DNA from: Heterodontus francisci
Lineage: Eukaryota
NCBI RefSeq assembly: GCF_036365525.1
Contig: NC_090381.1
Location: forward strand, 53,473,401-53,537,400
Direction of reading: 5' to 3'
Length of the DNA stretch: 64,000 nt
The translations under genes were made by a program, and so were the position numbers. Shown here one piece after another: positions 1-11,700 of this stretch (position 1 is the stretch's first letter; each line of letters opens with the position of its first letter). The notes below the pieces were generated by a model that did not search any database, was not told where the DNA came from, and was given only the letters and a program-made list of their open reading frames with translations.

Positions 1-817
1 GCTGGACTTTGTTTTTTTTTTAAAAAAAAAAGGTCACTGGAAGGATTTTGGGACTTTGTTTAAAAGCACACTTACTGGAAGTCACATGTCCTAAGCTAAA
101 TAAACAGCAAGAGCATTTGACCAGGGCAGTTGTTTCCAGAGAAGTGACATGTCAAGATTTACAGTGATCAAAAGTTGGTTTCGTTTTGGATATTGTTTTG
201 GTTCAGTTGGGGGTAAGCCTGCTAAGAGAGAAGCCATCAACTGATCCTTTCTCCATCTTTGAGAAACATTGAGAATCCAGTGTAGGAAATAGAGTACTGG
301 TGCCACATTTCTCCTGAAAGCTTACCAGACTATGCGTCGACTTCACCTGAAAAGAACGACTCCAAAACGATCCCAGTGACAGCCGTCTACGCATATATGG
401 ACACCAGAATGAAGGGGCAACTGATATTCCATATCTTATCCTTTTTTTTTTCTTCAAGAATTAACAAGTATTTGGCGAAGTATTTTTTTTTGTGAAGAGA
501 TCTCGACAAAGAAACCTTTATTGTTTCTTTAACTGGTGTATGTGTGTGTGTGTTTTGAGTTCATTTCGAAGGAAACTTTCAGATTTCAACCTGTGTGTTA
601 ATAGGCTTTGCATCTGAATAGTATTAGTCTTGTTTTATAATAAATTAATAATTCTGTTGTTTATTAAAGAAACCTAGTTGGTGGCTTTTATTTTGAAACT
701 AAAATAAAGTATATAATTGTCCGTATCGGTAACTGGTAAAACATCTAATTATATGTTGACCCTCGGAGAAGTGGAACTAGAGAAAGACAGTGCACTGCTC
801 CAGCCTTGGTCATAACA
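1..817 (+). mobile_element. LTR (solo or 3' LTR, 5' part outside window) related to the LTRs of the Gypsy element at 36818-42605
   Basis: Shares blocks with 36920-37720 (cttactgga.gtcacatg..ctaagctaaataaaca; agagaagtgac.tgtcaagattta; ggagaagtggaact..gaaagacagtgc) and ends in ...cataaca at 817. Confidence 0.7.
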
Positions 818-1329
818 AAAGCCGGCATGGACTCAGTGGGTCAAATGGCTGCTTTCTGTGTTGTAAATGACGCTATCATTCTATTTTACTATCTTAGATA
901 TAAAATATTTTAGTAAAGGTATAAAATGTTTTTATTATTGCCATTATCTAAACTGTAATATTGGTGCAACTAAGAACTTAGTTCAGGATAGATAAGTCAG
1001 CCTCTTTCCACTACATCATGCAACTTGGTAACAGTTGTAGATATAATGTGTTTGAACTTCAAGAAAATTGTTGGCATTCCTCGATCGGGGGCAGACTCCA
1101 AAATTCTGTAAATTGCACGTAAGGAGAAACTATAAATGACTGTTTACTTTATCCAGCTTAGTTATTCAGCTCACTCTTAGGACTAACAGAAGCTAGTTTT
1201 GCCGCCTTCCTTTCCTCATGTGAAGTCCATATTCTCGCACTCGACCTTTCCTGTTTCATTGGTAAATACTTCAGCTGAGTATACATGCTGTGCAAAACAT
1301 TATTCATGAAGGCCAAACTTGATTTTGGT

Positions 1330-1660
1330 AAACACAGAGAGTTTTTCCACTTGTGGGGAAGAGCAAAACTCGAGGCTATCAATATAAGATATTCACCAAG
1401 AAATTAAATAGGGAATTCAGAAGAAACAACTTTACGCAGAGAATGGTGAGAACGTGGAACTCACTCTCACAGGGAAGTGAATAGCATAGATGCATTTGGG
1501 AGGAGGCTGGATAAGATAGAAAGGCGAAGAGAAGAGTGGGTTATGCTGATAGAGTTAAGAAGAGAGGAAGAATGGCAGGAGGCTTGAGTGGAGCATAAAT
1601 GCCAGCATGGGCTTGTTCGGCAGAATGCCCTGTTTCTGTGGTGTATATTCTCTGTAATTC
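1330..1660 (+). mobile_element. Decayed CR1 LINE 3' fragment
   Basis: CR1 ORF2 C-terminal/3' UTR-like sequence (tttacgcagagaatggtgagaacgtggaactcact; gaatgccctgtttctgtg tail). Confidence 0.55.
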
Positions 1661-2999
1661 TGTGTAACTTGATTTTACCAAAGTGTAAGATCGTTTCCAT
1701 GGAAACAGAAATTGGCTGGACATGCCATCTGACATTGCACATTCACAAGATCTTGCTTTAAAATTCATACATCTTTAGGTGAATTGTGTTAATCACTTTG
1801 AATTAAGTAGGTGGGAATGCAACAATTCTACTTTTGGCAATATAGCTCCTAGTTTGAGAAAATCTTTTCCAGGAATGGCTGGTTGCCCTACAATTTTGTA
1901 ACATCTGCTTGTTTTATTAAAGAATTAGCAAGCTCCAAGCATAGTTCTGACCTTGGACTGTCAGCTAACCAAATAGATGTTGCTCAAAATCTGTCCAAGC
2001 TATAAGAAATTGCAGATTGTCTAGGTCTGGATGTCAGACAAGCAGGTTGGTACAGAGCATGGAAGGGGTTGAGAAATGTGATGGAGATGTAGTGTTTGGT
2101 ATTGTCAGCATACATGGGGAACCTGTTAGATACAATAAGTGAGCTACAGTTATGCCTGCCTTGAGCTATAGTTACACCTGCCTTTTTGTCTCCTCGAGAA
2201 GTGGTCTTCTTCCTTAAAATCTAGGAGTGCCCATTTGCTGCAAGTGAACAGCAGCTGGGTCAAGGCCATTATTGAAATGAATCATTAACATTTTTGCAGG
2301 ACATAAAATATGACGTAAGCACTTAGAGGACCCATGTAAGTACTGAAAGGGCAAAATGCCAAACTCTGTTATTGAAAGGCTGTTTCATAATTGCTAGTAA
2401 CAATATTGCAAATAAACAACTGCAAAACACTTCGCCTTCCACTGCATATGTACCCTCTTTTCCTCTGCATGGCCTTCTTAGTTTAGTTTTATATACTCAG
2501 GTTCCCCTCCCCTTCTTCAAGGTTGGGAGGAGCTCTAACTCCCCCTTCCCACACTCTCGTCCCACAGGATCATGAAAACAAATATTAATGCACCAATAAA
2601 AATACATATAAAATAGTATGATAAGTTAAAGAAAAACTTCCAAACTATACACATTATTATCAGTATCAGTCAGAAAAGAATGAGAAAGCTGCAAAATCCA
2701 GCAGAAGAATGATTTACTTCTTTTAAACCTCGATTGAGGTTTGTGCTGGTCATTGAAATTGCCTCAAAATCCTAACACTCTTTGCTGCAAAATAAGGCTC
2801 ACTGCAAATTGCGCATACTAGCTTGTGCAGCTGATTTCGTGAACCGCACTCCGAATCACCAAGGTTCAGGACTACCAGTAGGGTGTTGTAAAATTGGCTT
2901 TAATTGTCGTGATTGAGGTACGATTGGGTTAGAGGGGCCAAATGAAAAATGAATCTCCTTCAGAAGTACTGAAATGCACCAACATTGAAGAAATTCCAA

Positions 3000-4890
3000 A
3001 GGAACTTAAGCAAGGAGTCAGGAGGGCTAAAAGGGGTTATGAGAAGTCATTGGCAAACAGGATTAAGGAAAATCCCAAGGCATTTTATACATATATAAAG
3101 AGCAAGAGGGTAACCAGGGAAAGGGTTGGCCCACTCAAGGACAGAGAAGGGAATCTATGTGTGGAGCCAGAGGAAATGGGCAAGGTACTAAATGAGTACT
3201 TTGCGTCAGTATTCACCGAGGAGAAGGACTTGGTGGATGATGAGCCGAGCGAAGGGAGTGCAGATAGTCTCAGTCATCTCATTATCAAAAAGGAGGTGGT
3301 GTTGGGTGTCTTGCAAAGCATTAAGGTAGATAAGTCCCCAGGGCCTGATGGGATCTACCCCAGAATACTGAGGGAGGCAAGGGAAGAAATTGCTGGGGCC
3401 TTGACAGAAATCTTTGCATCCTCATTGGCTACAGGTGAGGTCCCAGAGGACTGGAGAATAGCCAATGTTGTTCCTTTGTTTAAGAAGGGTAGCAAGGATA
3501 ATCCAGGAAATTAAAGGCCGGTGAGCTTTACGTCAGTGGTAGGGAAATTATTAGAGAGGATTCTTTGGGACAGGATTTACTCCCATTTGGAAACAAGTGG
3601 ACTTATTAGCGAGAGGCAGCATGGTTTTGTAAAGGGGAGGTCGTGTCTCACTAATTTGATTGAGTTTTTTGAGGAAGTGACAAAGATGATTGATGAAGGA
3701 AGGGCAGTGGATGTTATCGATATGGACTTTAGTAAAGCCTTTGACAAGGTCCCTCATGGCAGACTGATACAAAAGGTGAAGTCACATGGGATCAGAGGGG
3801 AGCTGGCAAGATGGATACAGAACTGGCTCTGTCATAGAAGACAGAGGGTAGCAGTGGAAGGGTGTTTTTCTGAATGGAGGGATGTGACTAATGGTGTTCC
3901 GCAGGGATCAGTGCTGGGACCTTCGCTGTTTGTAGTATATATAAATGATTTGGAGGAAAATGTAGCTGGTCTGATTAGTAAGTTTGCGGACGACACAAAG
4001 GTTGGTGGAGTTGCGGACAGTGATGAGGATTGTCAGAGGATTCAGCAGGATATAGATCGGTCGGAGACTTGGGCGGAGAAATGGCGGATGGAGTTTAATT
4101 CGGACAAATGTGAGGTAATGCATTTTGGAAGGTCTAATGCAGGTGGGAAGTATACAGTAAATGGCAGAACCCTTAGGAGTATTGACAGGCAGAGAGATCT
4201 GGGCGTACAGGTCAACAGGTCACTGAAAGTGGCATCGCAGGTGGATAAGGTAGTCAAGAAGGCATACGGCATGCTTGCCTTTATCGGTCGGGGCATAGAG
4301 TATAAAAAAAGGCAAGTCATGCTGCAGCTGTACAGAACTTTAGTTAGGCCACACTTAGAATATTGCGGGCAATTCTGGTCGCCACACAACCAGAAGGATG
4401 TGGAGGCTTTGGAGAGGGTACAGAAGAGGTTTACCAGGATATTGCCTGGTCTGGAGGGCATTAGCTATGAGCAGAGGTTGGATAAACTCGGATTGTTTTC
4501 ACTGGAACAACGGAGGTGGAGGGGCGACATGATAGAGGTTTACAACGTTATAAGCGGCATGGACAGAGTGGATAGTCAGAAGCTTTTTCCCAGGGTGCAA
4601 GAGTCAGTTACTAGGGGACATAGGTTTAAGGTGAGAGGGGCAAAGTTTAGAGGGGATGTGCGAGGCAAGTTCTTGACACAGAGGGTGGTGAGTGCCTGGA
4701 ACTTGTTGCCGGGGGAGGTGGTGGAAGCAGGTACCATAGAGACGTTTAAGAGGCATCTTGACACATACATGAATAGGATGGTATACGGACCCCGGAAGTG
4801 CAGAAGGTTTTAGTTTCGGCAGGCATCAAGATTGGTGCAGGCTTGGAGGGCCGAATGGCCTGTTCCTGTGCTGTACTGTTCTTTGTTCTT
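3000..4890 (+). mobile_element. 5'-truncated CR1 (HER1-like) LINE, RT region nearly intact
   Basis: ORFs 2942-3514 and 3521-4813 are in one frame, split by a single stop; motifs KSPGPDGI, QHGF, DFSKAFD, GVPQGSVLGP, KFADD; 3' tail gggccgaatggcctgttcctgtgctgta followed by short repeats. Confidence 0.92.
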
Positions 4891-6183
4891 GTGTCATCAT
4901 TATAGCCCTTCAGAATCTTATTTGTGCTGTGGGCAGGTTTATTCTGTAGACTAAGGCTTCAGAGGAACATTGTTGAAACGACCTTAACTTGTTCCATCTA
5001 GGATTCTTGCGGGCTGCCATAAAAGAAGATTTTTTTTCCCATTAGTAATGGAATATAAGAGCACTAAAGCTGATTTTAAAAAAAAATTAAATATCAGCTC
5101 TGAGTTGAGCAGTAAAAGCTGAATTGATAATAAAAATCGTATCCGTGCTGTTTTTTGAAGAGCCTTTGTTCGTTCAGAAAACATGAGCAAGCTCTTATTG
5201 TATTTGAGCAGATGTAAACTGAGCAAAGAAGTGAGTTACAGCTTAAGCTGTTGCCATAGTGAAATAGTTGGCTATGCAATGCCCAAGATAGCAACAGAAT
5301 ACTGATGCACAACATCCTTTGCAACAAGACATCATTTTCTTTTGAAACTAGTATGTTTAATACTCCCCAAATAATGTTTAAACAATCTATTGGTGTTCTA
5401 CTAGTATCTCTGTTTCTCGAAATCTACCTTATTAAAAATCGAAACCAAAACTTCTAATTTGCAAATCATACATTTTTAGCTACGCCCCTGCGTTGCTTCA
5501 CTTGATTGTAAATTCGTATGTGTTGTGTTGCTTATGGTAGTTCCGTTACTTCATCTTTTGAAGATGCCAGTAATAGAAAGTACATTTGGTGTACTTAGTA
5601 GATTAAAATCTTCTCTCCGTTACACATTGTTTTATTAGCATGAATGGACTGACTTCTGTAAAGAGGAATTTTGACAAGCTGCTACAATGTGCTGAATGGG
5701 CCAGAGTGCTGTCACTAGGTCTTGTTAACCACATGTATCTCGAGCATAAAGTTTTAATTCTGCGTGTCCATGGAAAGCATCTATTTGTGTTGTAAAGCGC
5801 TTCCAGACAAGTTTACTGGTTTTTTTTGTGAGCAAAACTCAGTTCCTACTGGTTGAGAAAATTAGCTGAGGCTGTACACATCTCTGCATGTAAAATATGT
5901 CATAGCTGCTTTTATACTGGCATTGTTTTTGTCAAGATTCTGAAAGAACGGTATCTCATGAACCTTGAGAAATTGAGCTGTTGAGTCTGTTTTTAGGAGA
6001 AATGATCTGATTGAAGTAGTGTAAATACTAGCAACCAACTTAAGAGCACCAGTCTCCCAGAATCAGAGCTAAAATAGTGCCGGTATAGAAGAGGCTATAG
6101 AGTTCTTATGGTGATCCCTTTCTGATGCCTTGAACAAAGCCATAAATGGTGTTCAATTATTTTATCTTCTGTTCAATATTTAG

Positions 6184-6266
6184 AGACTAGAGAGAGAATA
6201 CAATTGTCCCTGTGTGATGGGAAAACCTAAAGTTGCCTTCAGAGAAACGATCTCTACATATGTTCC
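6184..6266 (+). CDS. GFM1: Mitochondrial elongation factor G1, internal exon (equivalent to human exon 13)
   Basis: ttag|AGA...GTT CC|gtgagt, 83 nt; RLEREYNCPCVMGKPKVAFRETISTYVP matches the EF-G GKPKVAFRET motif; phase joins the 42819 exon. Confidence 0.95.
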
Positions 6267-6499
6267 GTGAGTAGTTTCATAACTAACACTTTACTGGACT
6301 TATTTTTCATTAACTACTTTGCAATTTAAGTTGTATTATATTTTTGGCATAACTGAAGTTTAAGAGATTGGTTTCTACATTTTGCCTGAGTTACACATTC
6401 AGTGCTTAACTTTTTTTTACTTGTAATCCTTTTTATTGAGAGAAAATTTACTTTTTTGTAACTATTGTTTCCCGAACCTTCACGGGGCACTAAAAAGCT

Positions 6500-7130
6500 A
6501 GGGAACTTAAGAACAGGAGTGGCCATTCAGTCCCTTGAGCTTGTTCCACTATTCAGTGAGATTGTGGTTGATCTGTATCCTGACTCCATTCACTTGCCCT
6601 GGCTCTATATCCCTTAATACCTTCGGCTAGGAAAAAGCTATTGATTTCAAATTTCAAATTATTAACTGAACTAGCATCTACTGATTTTTGTGGGCGAGTT
6701 CTCCACACTTGTATCACCTTTTGCGTGAAGAAGTGTTTCCTAACTTCTCTACTGAATAGCCTAGCTTTGATTTTAAGGTGATGTCCCCTTTGCTAGACGA
6801 CTCCAGCAGCAGAAAAAGTTTTTATCAATCTTGTCAATTCCTTTCAAAATCCGAAAAGCCTCAATAAAATCATCCCTTAACATTCTATCTTCCAGCGAAT
6901 TATAAACTTAGTTCATATAATTTGTCCTCATAATCTAACCCTAAGGGCCCTGGTAACTTGCAGTGAATCTGCATTTCACTCCTTTCAAAGCCACCGTATC
7001 CTTTCTCGGGTGTGTTGTCCAGAACTATGTAAAGTACTCCACATGTAATCTAATCAGGGCTTTGGAGAGCGGTAGCAAAACCTCTTTCCGATTATATTCC
7101 AGCCCTTTAGTTATGAAAGGCATTCTGTAA
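6500..7130 (-). mobile_element. Decayed CR1 LINE 3' fragment
   Basis: Reverse-complement CR1 tail (aagaacaggagtggccattcagtcccttgagc) followed by ORF2 C-terminal-like sequence. Confidence 0.6.
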
Positions 7131-7561
7131 TTTGATTACTATAGCATCACATTAACATATTGATTTTTTAAAATCATGATTTGTTCATTTGGTGGAAAAA
7201 ATGGATCTTGATACTGGGAAATATATAGGTAAACAGATCAGTGACATATTTACTTTGCAAAAAAGCTTCACTTAAGCGGCAGTGCAATTGCGCTGTGCAT
7301 TCCAACACCAACGCAATGCTACAGACAGAAGGGTGCAGGTTTGTTGTTGCCACACTGACATAATGTGCTGAAGATTGTAATACATTGTGCACATGCACCA
7401 TGAATAATGCTGAAGTAGCCAAGGATGAAGGAGGTCTAGGGATGGTGGTAGACTTGGCATTTGGAGTATTGGATTCATAGAGTCATTGAGTTATTCAGCA
7501 CAGAAACAGGCCCTTCGGCCCATTGTGTCCGTGCCGGCCATCAAGCACCTATCTATTCTAA

Positions 7562-10500
7562 AATAAAAGTAAAATACTGCGGATGCTGGAAATCTGAAAC
7601 AAAAGCAAGAAATGCTGGAATCACTCAGCAGGTCTGGCAGCATCTGTGGAAAGAGAAGCAGTTAAAGTTTCGGGTCAGTGACCCTTCTTCGGAACTGACA
7701 AATATTAGAAAAGTCACAGATTATAAGCAAGTGAGGTGGGGGTGGGGCAAGAGATAACAAAGGAGAAGGTGCAGATTGGACCAGGCCACATAGCTGACCA
7801 AAAGGTCACGGAGCAAAGGCAAGCAATATGTTAATGGTGTGTTGAAAGACAAAGCATTAGTACAGATTAGGTGTAAATACACTGAATATTGAACAGCAGC
7901 AAGTGCAAACCTGAAAAAAAAACCTGAAAAAACAGTGGGTAAGCAAACTGAACAAACTAAGATGAAATGAAATAAATGCAAAAAAAATTGTAAAAAATGT
8001 AAAAAAGAATGTAAAAAAAAAAGGAAGAAAAAATAACTAAAAATGAAAGTAAAATGGGGGGCTGTCATGCTCTGAAATTATTGAACTCAATGTTCAGTCC
8101 GGCAGGCTGTAGTGTGCCTAATCGGTAGATGAGATGCTGTTCCTCGAGCTTGCGTTGATGTTCACTGGAACACTGCAGCAATCCCAGGACAGAGATGTGA
8201 GCATGAGAGCAGGGGGGAGTGTTGAAATGGCAAGCAACCGGAAGCTCAGGGTCCTGCTTGCGGACTGAGCGGAGATGTTCCGCAAAGCGGTCACCCAGTC
8301 TGCGCTTGGTCTCCCCAATGTAGAGGAGACCACTGTGAGCAGCGAATACAGTACACTACATTGAAAGAAGTACAATTAAATCGCTGCTTCACCTGAAAGG
8401 AGTGTTTGGGGCCTGGGATAGTAAGGAGAGAGGAGGTAAATGGGCAGGTATTACACCTCCTGCGATTGCAGGGGAAGGTGCCCTGGGACGGGGACGAGGT
8501 GGTGGGGGTAATGGAGGAGTGAACCAGGGTGTCGCGGAGGGAACGATCCCTTCGGAATGCTGACAGGGGAAGATGCGACTGGTAGTGGCATCACGCTGGA
8601 GGTGGCGAAAATGGCGGAGGATGATCCTTTGGATATGGAGGCTGGTGGGATGAAAAATGAGGACAAGGGGAACCCTGTCACGGTTCTGGGAGGGAGGGGA
8701 AGGGGTGAGAGTAGAGGTGCGGGGAATGGGTCGGACACGGTTGAGGGCCCTGTCAACCACAGTGGGGGGAAATCCTCGGTTGAGGATAAAGGAGGTCATA
8801 TCAGAAGCACCGTCATGGAAGGTAGCATCACCAGAGCAGATGCATCTGAGACGGAGAAACTGGGAGAATGGAATGGAGTCCTTACAGGAGGTAGGGTGTG
8901 AAGAAGTGTAGTCGAGGTAGCTGTGGGAGTCGGTGGGCTTAGAATGGATATTGGTAGACAACCTATCCCCAGAGATGGAGACAGAGAAGTCGAGGAAGGG
9001 ATGTGTCAGAGATGGACCATGTAAAGGTGAGAGAAGGGTGGAAATTGGAAGCAAAGTTGATAAAGTTTTCCAGTTCGGGGCGGGAGCAGGAAACGGCACC
9101 GATACAGTCATCAATGTACTGGAAAAAGAGTTGGGGGAGGGGGCCTGAGTAGGACTGGAACAAAGAATGCTCGACATATCCCACAAAAAGACAGGCATAA
9201 CTCGGACCCATGCGGGTACCCATAGCGACACCTTTTACTTGAAGGAAGTGCGTGGAGTTGAAGGAGAAGTTGTTCAATGTGAGAACAAGTTCAGCCAGGC
9301 GGAGGAGGGTGGTGGTGGATGGGGACTGGTTGGGCCTCTGTTCCAGGAAGAAGCGGGGAGCCCTCAAACGATCCTGGTGGGGGATGGAGGTGTAGACCGA
9401 TTGGACGTCCGTAGTGAAGAGGAGGCGGTTGGGACCAGGAAACTGGAAATTGTCAAAATGACGTAGGGCGTCAGAAGAGTCACGGATGTAGGTGGGAAGA
9501 GACTGGACCAGCGGAGAAAAGATAAGAGTCTAGATAGGAAGAAATAAGTTCAGTGGGGCAGCAGCAGGCTGACACAATGGGTCTGCCGGGACAGTCCCGT
9601 TTGTGGATTTTGGGAAGGAGGTAGAAGCGGGCTGTCCGGAGTTGTGGGACTATGAGGTTGGAAGCCGTAGAGAGAAGATCTCCAGAGGAGATGAGGTCAG
9701 TGACAGTCCTTTGGATGGTGGCTTGATGTTCGGTGGTGGGGTCATGGTCCAGAGGGAGGGAGGAAGAGGTGTCTGTGAGTTGGCGTTGAGCTTCTGCAAG
9801 GTAGAGTTCGGTACACCATACAACAACAGCACCACCCTTGTCTGCAGGTTTGATGACCATGTCGGGGTTAGACCTGAGAGAACGGAGTGCCTCAAGTTCA
9901 GAGGGGGACAGGTTAGAGTGAGTGAGGGGGGCAGAGAAATTGAGACGACCAATGTCTCGCTGACAGTTTTCAATGAAGAGATCAAGAGCGGGTAAGAGGC
10001 CAGGGGGCGGGCTCCAGGTAGAGGGAGAATGCTGGAGGCAGGTGAATGGGTCTGCTGGTCGGGGGGAGGACTTCTGGTCGAAGAAGTGAGCCCGGAGGCG
10101 GCGGAGAAGAGCTCAACGTCATGCCGAGCGCGAAATTCATTGAGGTGGGGGCGTAAGGGGATAAAACTGAGACCTTTGCTGAGTACAGAACGCTCAGCAT
10201 CAGAGAGGGGGAGGTCAGAGGGTATAGTGAATACACGGCAAGGGGTCAGATCAGAAGGGGTGGGGTCAGAGGGAAGTGAAGCGGAAGGAGGATCTGGAGG
10301 GGCATTAGTCCCCATTAGCTGCTGGAGCTTGCGTTCCTTAACACCTGAAAGGAAGAAAAAAAGTTTTTTGTTAATGCGTCGGATGAGACGTAAGATGAGA
10401 TGAAACTGCGGAGTAGAGCAGCTTTGAGATAAGGTGAGACGGTGCTGCTGGAGAGAGAGGTCCAGTGTGTGCATGTGGCGGCGCATAGCACTGAGTGTGG

Positions 10501-11128
10501 ATCTCAGGATGCGGCGAGAGTAGCAGTCCGAGGAACGTTGTATTTCTCGGAGATCCCTGTGATCCTGGGTGGTTTCAAAGCATGATGGGTGAAACTGCAG
10601 TTGGAATCCACGTGGAATAAGTCAGAGTCGGAGACAGTCACTGAGGAAGGAGATGTGGCTGTGAAAACGAGTTTTGGTAGATACCTTATCAAACACCAGG
10701 AGGGAAATAGAAAGCAATGAAGGTGAACAAGGTAAAAGAGACAAACGAAAATCCCGTCAGAGAGAAGAGCAGAACTTCTTCAAGGTAGGCATTCCTGGAA
10801 GAGAAGTGGCAGTGAATTAAACACTAAAATAAAAGCAAAATACTGCGGATGCTGGAAATCTGAAACAAAAACAAGAAATGCTGGAATCACTCAGCAGGTC
10901 TGGCAGCATCTGTGGAAAGAGAAGCAGAGTTAACGTTTCGGGTCAGTGACCCTTCTTCGGAACTGACAAATATTAGAAAAGTCACAGATTATAAGCAAGT
11001 GAGGTGGGGGTGGGGCAAGAGATAACAAAGGAGAAGGTGCAGATTGGACCAGGCCACATAGCTGACCAAAAGGTCACGGAGCAAAGGCAAACAATATGTT
11101 AATGGTGTGTTGAAAGACAACCAGAAAG
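7562..11128 (-). mobile_element. Penelope-like retroelement (RT + GIY-YIG endonuclease), frameshifted, with direct pseudo-LTR repeats
   Basis: IKPADKGG, LPKIHK, GRPIVS, GVAMGTRMGPSYA, YIDD motifs; ~7560-7850 repeated at ~10826-11120; TSD acctatctattctaa at 7547-7561 and 11129-11143. Confidence 0.9.
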
Positions 11129-11700
11129 ACCTATCTATTCTAATCCCATTTTCCAGCACTTGGCCCGTAGCCTTGTATGCTATAGTGTTTTATGTGCTCA
11201 TCTAAATACTTCTTAAATGTTGTGAGGGTTCCTGCCTCTACCACCTCTTCAGGCAGTGCGTTCCAGATTATAACCACCCTCTGGGTGAAAAATATTTTCC
11301 TCAAATCCCCTCTTTACCTCCTGCCCCTTACCTTAAATCTATGCTCCCTAGTTATTGACACCTCCGCTAAGGGAAAAAGTTTCTTCCAATCTGCATTATC
11401 GATGCCCCTCATAACTTCGTATACCTCAATCAGGTACCCCCCTCAGCCTTCTCTGCTCTAAGAAAAACAACCCGAGCCTATGCAGTCTTTCTTTATAGCT
11501 GAAATGCTCCAGCCCAGGCAACATCCTGGTGAATCTCCTCTGCACTCTCTCCTGTGCAATCACATCCTTCCTCGAGTGACGCGACCAGAATTGTACACAG
11601 TACTCCATCTGTGGCCCAACGAGCATTTTATACAGCTCCATCATAACCTCCCTGCTTTTATATTCTATGCCTCGGCTAATAAAGGCAAGTATCCCATATG